DNA from: Syntrophales bacterium
GTDB lineage: Bacteria > Desulfobacterota > Syntrophia > Syntrophales > JADFWA01
Reading direction: 5' to 3'
Length of the DNA: 64,000 nucleotides
Assembly (NCBI GenBank): GCA_030655775.1
Contig: JAUSPI010000213.1
Span: 263 to 64,262 of the forward strand
Shown: positions 1-8,230 of the stretch, one piece after another
How the letters are laid out: each line of letters begins with the position of its first letter
How positions within the stretch are numbered: the stretch's first letter is position 1
Made by a program: the position numbers and the translations under genes
The notes under the pieces: generated by a model
What the model saw: only the letters and a program-made list of their open reading frames with translations
Told to the model about the DNA's origin: nothing
Database searches by the model: none

Positions 1-2
1 AC

Positions 3-209
3 AGAAGCTGGACAATTGAATACAAAAATCTAAAAATCGGCAAACAGCCAGATACCCTTTTTGAGATTCCAGCAGGGTATCAGAAATTCTCTCTTGGTGT
101 GCCAGTTATGCCGGAAACGAAAGAAGGAGAAAAGGCGGTGGAGAAAGAAGAGGGAAAACCATTTAAACTTCCCATTTCAATTCCAAAACTACCGGGGAAA
201 TTCTGGTAA
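3..209 (+). CDS. 3' end of a CDS running in from the left edge (DUF4412-like C-terminus)
   Basis: Own translation, frame 3: ...SWTIEYKNLKIGKQPDTLFEIPAGYQKF...PGKFW*, stop TAA at 207-209. The 'PDTLFEIPAGY' pattern recalls DUF4412 proteins. Not in the ORF track because it has no start. Confidence 0.5.
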   Translation, partial: RSWTIEYKNLKIGKQPDTLFEIPAGYQKFSLGVPVMPETKEGEKAVEKEEGKPFKLPISIPKLPGKFW

Positions 210-329
210 TTATCGTTTGACGATTGAGGATCTCGGAAAGCATTAACAAAGAAAACAATTTCTAAAGAATTAAATTAGCGACGTATAACCAATAAGGATT
301 GATGAGACCTGGAAGGTCGCATTCAATCC

Positions 330-786
330 TTTGTTCAAGAAGCCGCGGGCTAACCATATATAGGGTAATGCTTCGCAGGGGATGTTCGGGAGGTGGAGAA
401 AATCAGGAAGCTATTGGGGAGTCGGGAGGGGATTTTCAAATCCGTCCATGAAATCAGCATCACCTCTCATGTAAAATTGCCTTTATTGGATTGGTTTTAG
501 GGCTTATATTTTCGGTTTGGGCGCACTACTCCATTGCCCCTTTCAGGGTATTCTGCGGGAAGAAGCAATGGAGGAAGAAGCTTGGTCAAGTTGGCCCTCT
601 GCATGGCCTGTTCGGGATGAGACTGAAAAGATAGAGCAGGAAACCGCCGCAGGCCGGGCAGATGGGCTTTGGCAATTCGGGTTTCGGTTTTATTGCTGAC
701 AAGTCGGTGAGACAGAGTCGGATATTCTGCAGGCCGGCAAGAATAAGGAGCCGGAGGCGAGCAAGAGAGACGGAGGTGTCTTTCCG
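330..786 (-). mobile_element. IS91-family remnant (transposase C-terminus plus probable oriIS end)
   Basis: Minus strand 786->586 reads RKDTSVSLARLRLLILAGLQNIRLCLTDL...KPICPACGGFLLYLFSLIPNRPCRGPT*, with the CPxCGG and terminal RGP typical of IS91 transposase C-termini. A GCGGCTTCTTGAAC end-like motif lies near 330-347. Confidence 0.45.
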
Positions 787-1074
787 GTAAGGCTGCGTGA
801 AAAATTTGTGGTGGGTAGGTATGATCGGTTATCAACTTAAGGAGGAGGATAACCGATGGAGCAGCAGTTTGCAGCCTACACAGGACGAAGCCTTGAAGAA
901 GTTCAGCAGCGATTTGAGCGATGGCGTGAGGGGAGGAAGCGTGGCACACCCATCCCGGCTGCTTTATGGGAAGACGCGGTACGTCTTTGCGCCGATCACT
1001 CCCTTTGCAAAATATCCAGCGCCTTGCATCTGGATTATAATGTTCTGAAGAAACGCTTTCAGTCTAGGAGATAG
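787..1074 (+). mobile_element. IS66-family left end with truncated orfA (TnpA-like accessory protein, 856-1074)
   Basis: Begins with GTAA at 787 (IS66-type terminus). ORF 856-1074 (LEEVQQRFERWR...IPAALWEDAVRL...ISSALHLDYNVLKKR) has RBS AAGGAGGAGG and is cut off at the REP palindrome. tnpB and tnpC are absent. Confidence 0.55.
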
Positions 1075-1082
1075 GGGAGATA

Positions 1083-1146
1083 GGGGGACACCTTACTTAA
1101 TTCTCAGTTATTTTTTCAGCTCGTTGCATAATTAAGTAAGGTGTCC
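1083..1146. repeat. REP/REPIN-like palindrome, interrupted by the group II intron
   Basis: Perfect 17-bp inverted repeat GGACACCTTACTTAATT (1086-1102) / AATTAAGTAAGGTGTCC (1130-1146). It shares the GGGGACACC core with copies at 3538, 3751 and 5792. Confidence 0.75.
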
Positions 1147-1943
1147 GTACGCAGTAACAACTGTTTTATCTTGCGGGTTAAAGTCCCGTCCGGGGAATTG
1201 TCCGATTCGCCCCGGTAGTTCAAGGGAGCGGCGTCTTGGCAACAAGGGGTCGTAAGTTTCCAATTGGCAAAGCAGCAGGCCGTAACGAAAGTGAACCTAC
1301 ACGTAGCCTCGTCAAACTAAGTTGGAGATGCCGACCCTGTGGACACAAGGGGAAGGCCGATGTGCGAAGGCAGAGATAACGGATGTGGCCTGAGCGATCT
1401 TTCGGGGTAGCAGGGGTGGCATGTTGCGGAAGATAAACAGTCCAGTGCTGGAGACCCGATATGGTGATGATTGAGGAATATCAACTGGCGCGTATAAGGC
1501 GACGAAATCGCGGCGGGCTGTATCGGGAGTCGGAGGGGTTCATAGTACCGTTTGAGGGCATGGGACAACATAACCCTGCCCGAGGGAAGGGACCCTACTT
1601 TGTTCATGCAACCGAAGAGTGGAGGGTGATGAAGATTGCCGAATGGCTATTCACTTTGTAATATCACCAGGACACGATGGAGGAAGCTCTATTGTCAGGC
1701 CAAGTAGAGAACGCTGGTACTCGGCGGGTCTCCTCAACCCACTTAATGCTGGGGTACAGCGAGTGCTATGCATGCCTTGCGATGAAGAACATCGGAAAGC
1801 CGTGTGCGGGAAAATCGCATGCACGGTTTGATGAGGGAGGATTGGCAAGGCAACTATGGTGCGGCTATTTAGGCACTGCCAGACGAAAGGGGCAGAAACA
1901 GATAAGCCAGCCTAAAGCGGTCATTGCCAGTTCTCTACTCTAC
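1147..1943 (+). mobile_element. ORF-less (RT-deleted) group II intron, IIB-like
   Basis: 5' end GTACG. EBS1 loop GGACAC at 1341-1346 pairs 6/6 with the 5' exon end GTGTCC (1141-1146). Domain V AAGCCGTGTGCGGGAAAATCGCATGCACGGTTT at 1797-1829 has an AGC triad. A long domain VI ends ...CTCTACTCTAC at 1943. RT remnants: RKLYCQAK (1681-1704) and HALR* (1771-1785). Confidence 0.88.
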
Positions 1944-1969
1944 CTGGAATTGCCAGGAATTGCTGGAAT

Positions 1970-2031
1970 TCTATGAGTAGGATGCTCATTCCGCTGCGCT
2001 TCATTCGCACCTCTCAAGCTGGGCGTTAGCT
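1970..2031 (+). other. Partial attC site (left R'' end lost) preceding katA
   Basis: ATGAGTAGGATGC...GCACCTCTCAAG imperfect stem with unpaired bases on the left arm, ending GGGC-GTTAGCT (core-like site at 2025-2031). Confidence 0.55.
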
Positions 2032-2063
2032 GAACGAAAACAATAAACAAAAGGAGAACAAAA

Positions 2064-3539
2064 ATGAAAGACGACAAGAAAAAACTCACCACGAACGCCG
2101 GGGCTCCGGTACCGGACAACCAGAACGTCATGACCGCCGGCCCTCGCGGACCACAGCTGCTGCAGGATGTCTGGTATCTGGAAAAAATGGCCCATTTCGA
2201 CCGTGAGGTTATTCCGGAACGGCGAATGCACGCCAAGGGCTCCGGGGCCTACGGCACCTTTACCGTAACCCACGACATCACCAAGTACACCCGCGCCAAG
2301 ATCTTTTCCAAGATCGGCAAGAAAACCGAGATGTTCGCGCGCTTTTCCACCGTGGCCGGAGAACGCGGTGCTGCCGACGCCGAACGCGACATCCGTGGTT
2401 TTGCGCTTAAATTCTACACCGAGGAGGGCAACTGGGATTTGGTGGGCAATAACACGCCTGTCTTCTTTCTCCGCGACCCGCTCAAATTTCCGGATCTCAA
2501 CCATGTCGTCCATCGCGACCCTCGCACCAACCTGCGCAGCGCCAAAAACAACTGGGATTTCTGGACATCCCTGCCCGAGGCATTGCATCAGGTGACCGTG
2601 GTCATGAGTGACCGCGGCATCCCGGGAAGCTTCCGCAACATGCACGGGTTCGGCAGCCACACCTTCAGCTTCATCAACGCCAAAAACGAGCGCTACTGGT
2701 GCAAGTTCCACTTCCGCACCCAACAGGGCATCAAAAACCTCACCGATGCGGAGGCTGAGGCTGTGATCGGCAAATGCCGTGAGAGCAATCAACGCGACCT
2801 CTACTACTCCATAGAGAAAGGCGATTTCCCGCGCTGGACCCTGTACGTCCAGATCATGACCGAAGAGCAGGCCGCCAAGCTCCCCTACAATCCTTTTGAC
2901 CTGACCAAGGTTTGGTACAAAAAGGATTACCCCCTTATCGAGGTGGGAGTCATGGAACTTAACAAGAACCCGGAAAACTACTTTGCCGAGGTGGAGCAGG
3001 CGGCCTTCAATCCGGCCAATGTGGTGCCGGGCATCAGCTTCTCACCCGACAAGATGCTCCAGGGCAGGCTCTTCTCCTACGGCGACACCCAGCGTTACCG
3101 GTTGGGGGTCAACCATCACCTGATCCCGGTGAACAAGGCCCGCTGCCCCTTCCACAGTTATCACCGCGACGGCCAGATGCGGGTGGACGGTAACTATGGC
3201 TCAACCCTTGGCTATGAGCCCAACAGCTATGGTGAGTGGCAGGAACAGCCCGATTTCTCCGAGCCGCCTCTGGCACTGAGCGGGGCCGCGGCCCACTGGA
3301 ACGCCCGCGAGGATGACAGCGATTACTATACCCAGCCGGGCAAGCTCTTTCACCTGATGAGTAAAGAGCAACAGGAGGCCCTGTTCGGCAACACCGCCCG
3401 GGCCATGGACGATGCGCCGGAGATGATCAAAATCCGCCACATCGGCAACTGCCTGAAGGCCGACCCGGCCTACGGCGAAGGGGTGGCCAAGGCCCTGAGT
3501 ATCCCGCTGAGCAAGGTGCCGAAGCAGGCAATTGGGTAA
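2064..3539 (+). CDS. katA: Monofunctional heme catalase (small subunit, clade 3 type)
   Basis: Active-site [17 protein letters not shown], proximal heme [18 protein letters not shown]; RBS AGGAG. Visibly GC-richer than the core genes. Confidence 0.97.
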   Translation: MKDDKKKLTTNAGAPVPDNQNVMTAGPRGPQLLQDVWYLEKMAHFDREVIPERRMHAKGSGAYGTFTVTHDITKYTRAKIFSKIGKKTEMFARFSTVAGERGAADAERDIRGFALKFYTEEGNWDLVGNNTPVFFLRDPLKFPDLNHVVHRDPRTNLRSAKNNWDFWTSLPEALHQVTVVMSDRGIPGSFRNMHGFGSHTFSFINAKNERYWCKFHFRTQQGIKNLTDAEAEAVIGKCRESNQRDLYYSIEKGDFPRWTLYVQIMTEEQAAKLPYNPFDLTKVWYKKDYPLIEVGVMELNKNPENYFAEVEQAAFNPANVVPGISFSPDKMLQGRLFSYGDTQRYRLGVNHHLIPVNKARCPFHSYHRDGQMRVDGNYGSTLGYEPNSYGEWQEQPDFSEPPLALSGAAAHWNAREDDSDYYTQPGKLFHLMSKEQQEALFGNTARAMDDAPEMIKIRHIGNCLKADPAYGEGVAKALSIPLSKVPKQAIG

Positions 3540-3626
3540 TCTGGGGACACCATATTAGTTTAATCTTCGAACGCGGCAATATTTTAGAAAACTGAATAAA
3601 TAAATAGGGGCACTTCCCTATTTATT
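3538..3626. repeat. REPIN copy (left arm and core) fused to a second palindrome
   Basis: AATCTGGGGACACCATATTAGTTTAATCTTCGAACGCGG..., near-identical to 3751 and 5792. The right arm is replaced by AATAAATAGGG/CCCTATTTATT (3599-3626). Confidence 0.8.
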
Positions 3627-3659
3627 GACGATGGCCATCAATAGGCATATACATAGCGC

Positions 3660-3752
3660 ATGCCAAGAATAGCACGCGTTACATCACCCGGCTATCCTCA
3701 TCATATTACTCAGCGCGGGAACAATCGTGAAGATGTCTTTTTTAAAGGGTAA
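3660..3752 (+). pseudogene. N-terminal fragment of a REP-associated tyrosine transposase (RAYT, Y1_Tnp)
   Basis: Own translation MPRIARVTSPGYPHHITQRGNNREDVFFKG*. The HHITQRGNNR motif is typical of RAYT N-termini. The stop overlaps the start of the REPIN at 3751. Confidence 0.8.
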
Positions 3753-3825
3753 TCTGGGGACACCATATTAGTTTAATCTTCGAACGCGGTAATATTTTAG
3801 AAAACTGGTATGGCGTCCCCCGATT
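3751..3825. repeat. REPIN copy (75 bp)
   Basis: AATCTGGGGACACCA ... TGGCGTCCCCCGATT imperfect terminal inverted repeat around the shared core. Confidence 0.85.
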
Positions 3826-3854
3826 TTGACATATGAAATAATAGGAGATGAAAA

Positions 3855-4580
3855 ATGGACACAGCACTCATCACGATTGGGATAGGCATTGTTTTGGGGG
3901 TTGCAGGATCAATTATAGTAAAGAAGGCCTTCGGCAAGAAAGATTCTGGCGAGGGCACAAAACAACACCAGATCTATGCCTTTGTGGAAAATATGAAATC
4001 TGTGGGTGAGCTGGTGGTGTTTAAGGCATTTACAAAAGAGATCGTCACAACGGCTGATCACTGGCTTGGCAAAGTGGGAAAGAAGTATCTTACCTGGCTG
4101 ATGTCCAATATGAAGATGGCCATGATTTTTCAGTTCGAAATAAATTTCTGGTATGACCTGAAAAGCCATGATTTTAGAGTGATGGATGCGGGCCAGGGCA
4201 GGTTCATGATAACAATGCCAAAGTGCTTGTATGACATTAATATAAAAGATATCAGCTTTTATGATGAACAGAGTGCCAAGCTGTTGGACTGGCTATTGCC
4301 ACCTCTTATTAGCAGAGTTTTCTCAAAAGATTTTACTGAAGAGGATAAGAACAGGTTAAAAGACGAGGCAAAGACGCAGGCCTCTTCTATGGCAAATCAA
4401 CTGATCAAGCAGTTAAGCTCAGAGATTGAAAAATCTGCAAGGCAAACCATGGAGATGCTGGCAAAGAGTTTTGGTGCGGAATCCGTTGTATTGGACTTCA
4501 GCGAGTCCCAGTTAATGGAAAAAGGGGTTACCGACCTTTCCCGACAGCCGACTGAGCAATCCACCGCGCCTCTCCAATAA
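3855..4580 (+). CDS. DUF4230-like membrane-anchored protein
   Basis: N-terminal transmembrane helix, then MKSVGELVVFK...EINFWYDLK...ITMPKC, the family-like pattern; RBS AGGAG. Confidence 0.7.
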   Translation: MDTALITIGIGIVLGVAGSIIVKKAFGKKDSGEGTKQHQIYAFVENMKSVGELVVFKAFTKEIVTTADHWLGKVGKKYLTWLMSNMKMAMIFQFEINFWYDLKSHDFRVMDAGQGRFMITMPKCLYDINIKDISFYDEQSAKLLDWLLPPLISRVFSKDFTEEDKNRLKDEAKTQASSMANQLIKQLSSEIEKSARQTMEMLAKSFGAESVVLDFSESQLMEKGVTDLSRQPTEQSTAPLQ

Positions 4581-4655
4581 CAAGAGATGATAGGTTATAA
4601 CCAATTCTGAAAAAGTGGGGCGGGAGCCCCCACGCCGGTTAAGAAAGGAAATATT

Positions 4656-5732
4656 ATGAAGAAGTTGATTTTACTTATTAGTATTTTATTGTTAACGCCC
4701 TGTACTAGCATGGCAACAGATAAAAATAACATTCTCGCTTGGCCCGACAATCTCCCAGTCTATGATCATATTGTCATTGTCGTTGAAGAAAACAAAGATT
4801 ATGAGGAGGTAATAGGTCAAGAATACGCGCCTTACATAAATGATGTTCTGAAAAAGGAGGGAGCTAATTTCATAAAAATATTCGGAGAAGAACACTTTAG
4901 CCAGGGGAATTATTACTGGTTATTTTCCGGTGACAATCAAAACGTAGGTTTTACCGACCAGGTGCCTAATAAAACTATTAATTCATCGTATCCGTTTACC
5001 ACCAGTAATCTTGGTTATCAATTAATAAAAAAAGGATTTTCGTTCAAAGGTTACTCGGAAAGCTTGCCCGCTATCGGCAGCACAGTTGCAAAACATGGGG
5101 TTTACGCGCGGAAGCATGTTCCCTGGATAAGTTTTGCGAATGTTCCTAATGGCCCAACAATCGAGACATCATCTAATCTGAGATGGAAAGATTTCCCCTC
5201 GCCTTCTGAATACGACAAACTTCCAACAGTTTCATTTGTCATTCCCAACCTTGATAACGATATGCATAACTGTTATCCGCCTAACTGTAGTCCAGGGTCA
5301 CAAGAAGAAATGATGAAGTGCTGTATAAAAAAGGGGGATGACTGGCTGAAAGAGAATATTGGCCCTTACTATCAATGGTCAAAGAAGAATAATAGTTTGC
5401 TTATTCTTACCTTTGACGAAAATGATGATAAGAGAGGTTATCTGGGGTTAACAAATCCAATGATTAAATCGGAGAAAATTTTTTGTGATAGCTCAAAAAT
5501 TGATCCTGAATACTGTGAGGATCTGGAAAATAAAATAGTCACTATTTTCGCGGGTGCGCATATAAAGCCAGGTGATTACCCGGAAGGCAAAGGAATTACG
5601 CATATTAATATTTTGCGAACTTTAGAGGCTATGTATGGATTGCCTAAGTCAGGTAAACAGCAGCCTAACGCGGCAGGATACGGCATAAGTGATGATTACA
5701 TAATAACTGATGTGTTTGAGACGGTGCGATAG
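4656..5732 (+). CDS. Secreted acid phosphatase, phosphoesterase family (SapM/AcpA-like)
   Basis: Signal peptide; DHIVIVVEENK, YARKHVPW, LPTVSFVIPNLDNDMH, LLILTFDEND motifs. Confidence 0.85.
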   Translation: MKKLILLISILLLTPCTSMATDKNNILAWPDNLPVYDHIVIVVEENKDYEEVIGQEYAPYINDVLKKEGANFIKIFGEEHFSQGNYYWLFSGDNQNVGFTDQVPNKTINSSYPFTTSNLGYQLIKKGFSFKGYSESLPAIGSTVAKHGVYARKHVPWISFANVPNGPTIETSSNLRWKDFPSPSEYDKLPTVSFVIPNLDNDMHNCYPPNCSPGSQEEMMKCCIKKGDDWLKENIGPYYQWSKKNNSLLILTFDENDDKRGYLGLTNPMIKSEKIFCDSSKIDPEYCEDLENKIVTIFAGAHIKPGDYPEGKGITHINILRTLEAMYGLPKSGKQQPNAAGYGISDDYIITDVFETVR

Positions 5733-5791
5733 AATGAATACAGTTCAGTCCTTTACCCGCAATGCTGGCTTTTCCAAGGCGCCGACTCAAT

Positions 5792-5866
5792 AATCCGGGG
5801 ACACCACAATAGTTTAATCTTCGAACGCGGCAATATTTTAGACAACGGGTATGGTGTCCCCGGATT
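5792..5866. repeat. REPIN copy (75 bp)
   Basis: Perfect 15-bp inverted repeat AATCCGGGGACACCA / TGGTGTCCCCGGATT with the same internal core as 3751. Confidence 0.88.
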
Positions 5867-5979
5867 TTAAAAAGAAATCATACAAGGACATAACGCTGTG
5901 TAAGAGAACAGAAGGTTTCTCTACAAAAGAGTATGGTTTTGCTATACTTTTCTATTAAACAAAAAGAAGGCGAAAAGAA

Positions 5980-7671
5980 ATGAACCTTTTATCCAAAAGT
6001 GCCCCGCTAGAAGAGTCAATAGCAAAAATGAAAGCAGTTTTAGCAGACGTTGGATGCGAAACTACTCTTTCGGATGAAAAGCATCCGCTGGAGCATTGTT
6101 ACTCTGTGAATCTCGTTTCGGTTGAAGCACCAGGTCATATCTATTCCAACGGAAAAGGGATTGTATCGGACGCATCGATGGCGAGTGCATTGGGTGAGTA
6201 TATTGAACGGCTCCAGACCAATACCTTTTTTATCGATTTTCACCTGCCAAATCGAAAGTATTATCCTGACGAAGTCGCCTTTGAGTTTGGCGGAGCATAT
6301 CTAAACGATGAACTACGCTTAGTGTATGATCCTGATGGAGAGCTCACGGATGAAGACCTTGTTGATTACAGTAGTGATTATGAGGATAAGATCGTTGCAC
6401 TGCCTTTTACGAAACGATCGAGTGGGGATACTGTATATATTCCGGTTAATATTTTGAGCAATCTCTACGTCAGTAACGGTCTGGCAACGGGAAATACGCC
6501 ACAGGAAGCACAGGTGCAAGCGCTAAGTGAGATTTTCGAGCGTTATGCCAAAATAGAGATCATCAAAAACGGTTATGCCCTTCCTAAATACCCCGATGAA
6601 ATTGTTCAATCCTTTGATCGACTGCATAGTGATGTTTTGGCGCTGCGGGAGTCAGGATACATCGTAGAGGTTCTTGATGCGTCATTAGGGGGAAAATACC
6701 CCGTCACCGCTATCTCTTTGATCAGTCCGGAGAACTCTTCTCTTATTGTCTCCTTTGGTGCGCATCCAATTTTAGAAGTCTCGCTTGAGCGGACGATGGC
6801 AGAATTGATGCAAGGTCGCGAATTGGAAAATCTGGATGCCTTTGAAGTCCCGACCTTTGACATGAGCATTGTCTCGGACAGTTCTAATCTTGAGTCGCAT
6901 TTTCTTGACTCTAATGGAAAGTCAGGATTTGGATTTTTAAGTTCTGCAAAAAGTTTTGAATATGCATCGTGGAGCTATCAGGGCGAGGGACGCGAAGCAG
7001 AATACAACTACCTGACTGATATTCTTGACAACATGGGCAAAGAGATGTTTCTGCGAGAATACAGCTATCTTGGATTCTATTCTTGCCAGATGATCGTTCC
7101 TGGTGTTTCTGAAGTCTACCCTATTGAGGACTTGATCTACAATAATAGAAACACCGGCAAATTGATCCGAAATATGGTTTTACATTTTGAGGAGTATGAT
7201 CCTCAGGAGATTATAGACACTATTGATTCTCTGGATGATTCAATCAATATCGAAAACTATATCGGTGTTATTTTCGAGAACAGTTTCACCATGCTTGAAT
7301 TTAAAGCGCAAATGCATCTCATTCTTGGTAACACAGATGAGGCTCTGGCATCCTTGGAATTTGGGACTAATAAGCTGGGACATATTGTCGCGGAATTGAT
7401 CCGAATGGACGAAGAAAAGTTGGTTTGGGAAGAGTACGAAGAGGCTCTGTTTAACATCTTTGGACGAGAAAGAGTCGAAAAAGCCTTGCGTATAGTAAAA
7501 GGTGAAGAGTTCCTGGTAGATACAACACTTCATAGTGACTATCACAATATGCTTGAAATGTATGACAGGCTAGAGCGTAAAAAACAAGCTGCCCTTGTTA
7601 GGCAGGGGAATAAAAACCGCCGGGAGTCCATCAATCCGGAAGGTCAGGGGAAATCTCCGTTTTCCCCTTGA
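5980..7671 (+). CDS. ycaO: Stand-alone YcaO-family protein (E. coli YcaO type), probably with a chimeric C-terminal extension
   Basis: SKSAPLEESIAKM, YSNGKG..ASMASALGEYIERL, SNGLATGNT...QALSEIFERY and FGAHP..EVSLERT motifs align with the YcaO family. Confidence 0.88.
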   Translation: MNLLSKSAPLEESIAKMKAVLADVGCETTLSDEKHPLEHCYSVNLVSVEAPGHIYSNGKGIVSDASMASALGEYIERLQTNTFFIDFHLPNRKYYPDEVAFEFGGAYLNDELRLVYDPDGELTDEDLVDYSSDYEDKIVALPFTKRSSGDTVYIPVNILSNLYVSNGLATGNTPQEAQVQALSEIFERYAKIEIIKNGYALPKYPDEIVQSFDRLHSDVLALRESGYIVEVLDASLGGKYPVTAISLISPENSSLIVSFGAHPILEVSLERTMAELMQGRELENLDAFEVPTFDMSIVSDSSNLESHFLDSNGKSGFGFLSSAKSFEYASWSYQGEGREAEYNYLTDILDNMGKEMFLREYSYLGFYSCQMIVPGVSEVYPIEDLIYNNRNTGKLIRNMVLHFEEYDPQEIIDTIDSLDDSINIENYIGVIFENSFTMLEFKAQMHLILGNTDEALASLEFGTNKLGHIVAELIRMDEEKLVWEEYEEALFNIFGRERVEKALRIVKGEEFLVDTTLHSDYHNMLEMYDRLERKKQAALVRQGNKNRRESINPEGQGKSPFSP

Positions 7672-7726
7672 CAAAACTTATCATGGATGTCCCCTTATTT
7701 TCATTATGCATAAAATAAATTAAAAG

Positions 7727-8197
7727 ATGATAGCCCGAATAGAGACTATTGACGAAATTAAACCGATTTTTAAAGAGTATTTGGCTTATGTGAGTCAGTT
7801 TTTCGCAATTGCTGATTATGATTCGTGGTGTGAAGGCGCACTGAAGCATTTACAGCTATATCCGATTAAAAATGATCGGCACATTTACATTATAAAGGAA
7901 TCAGAATCTATAATCGGCTTTGCCTTCGTCAATAAACACTTACGGTTCAATAATGATGGCTTCGCAGTTGCAGAGTTTTATATTCAAAAAGATCATGAGA
8001 GAAAAGGTTATGGTCGTAGGTTGGCTGAACATGTATTTGCACAGTTCCCCGGTAATTGGGAAGTTGCCGTCACATTAAAAAATAATTCAGCCCGAGTGTT
8101 TTGGAAACAGGTGGTGTCATCTTACACACATTATAAATTTATAGAAAAAAGGAAATCTTCCTTTAGCGGATATGGCTTCCTATTCAACAATGCATAA
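7727..8197 (+). CDS. GNAT-family N-acetyltransferase (cassette-like)
   Basis: IIGFAFV...VAEFYIQKDHERKGYGRRLAEHVF acetyl-CoA motif and ARVFW. Preceded by GTTAGGC (7597-7603); the stop lies inside GCATAAC (8192-8198). Confidence 0.88.
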   Translation: MIARIETIDEIKPIFKEYLAYVSQFFAIADYDSWCEGALKHLQLYPIKNDRHIYIIKESESIIGFAFVNKHLRFNNDGFAVAEFYIQKDHERKGYGRRLAEHVFAQFPGNWEVAVTLKNNSARVFWKQVVSSYTHYKFIEKRKSSFSGYGFLFNNA

Positions 8198-8230
8198 CAC
8201 ATATGAGCCGCACCTTTGTCAATAGGTGAG

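Noticed and set aside
1141-1146. GTGTCC as the intron 5' end (resembles GUGYG)
   Set aside because: It completes the REP palindrome and is the exact complement of EBS1 (GGACAC), so it is IBS1 in the exon; the intron starts at GTACG, 1147.
1147-1943. Classifying the main intron as class C because it lies at a hairpin
   Set aside because: Domain V has an AGC triad and a full-length stem, and IBS1 is 6 nt inside the hairpin arm. Neither fits IIC.
1317-2236. Short ORFs in the track overlapping the intron (1317, 1461, 1619, 1651, 1677, 1940)
   Set aside because: They fall on ribozyme domains and show no RT motifs (no YADD); only fragmentary RT stubs are real.
2001-2792. 263-aa antisense ORF over katA (and similar antisense ORFs over rpoB, rpoC, tuf and ribosomal genes)
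   Set aside because: Shadow frames of GC-rich or conserved genes, with no RBS or recognisable motifs.
3538-5866. CRISPR array from the repeated GGGGACACC units
   Set aside because: Spacing is irregular (about 200 bp and 2 kb) with whole genes between copies; units are 75-bp inverted-repeat elements; no cas genes.
7600-7671. YcaO C-terminal SPFSP as the PxPxP motif of azoline-forming YcaOs, implying a RiPP cluster with the GNAT
   Set aside because: The tail seems to be read-through into the next cassette; the protein is E. coli-YcaO type; no precursor peptide, E1/TfuA, protease or transporter is nearby.
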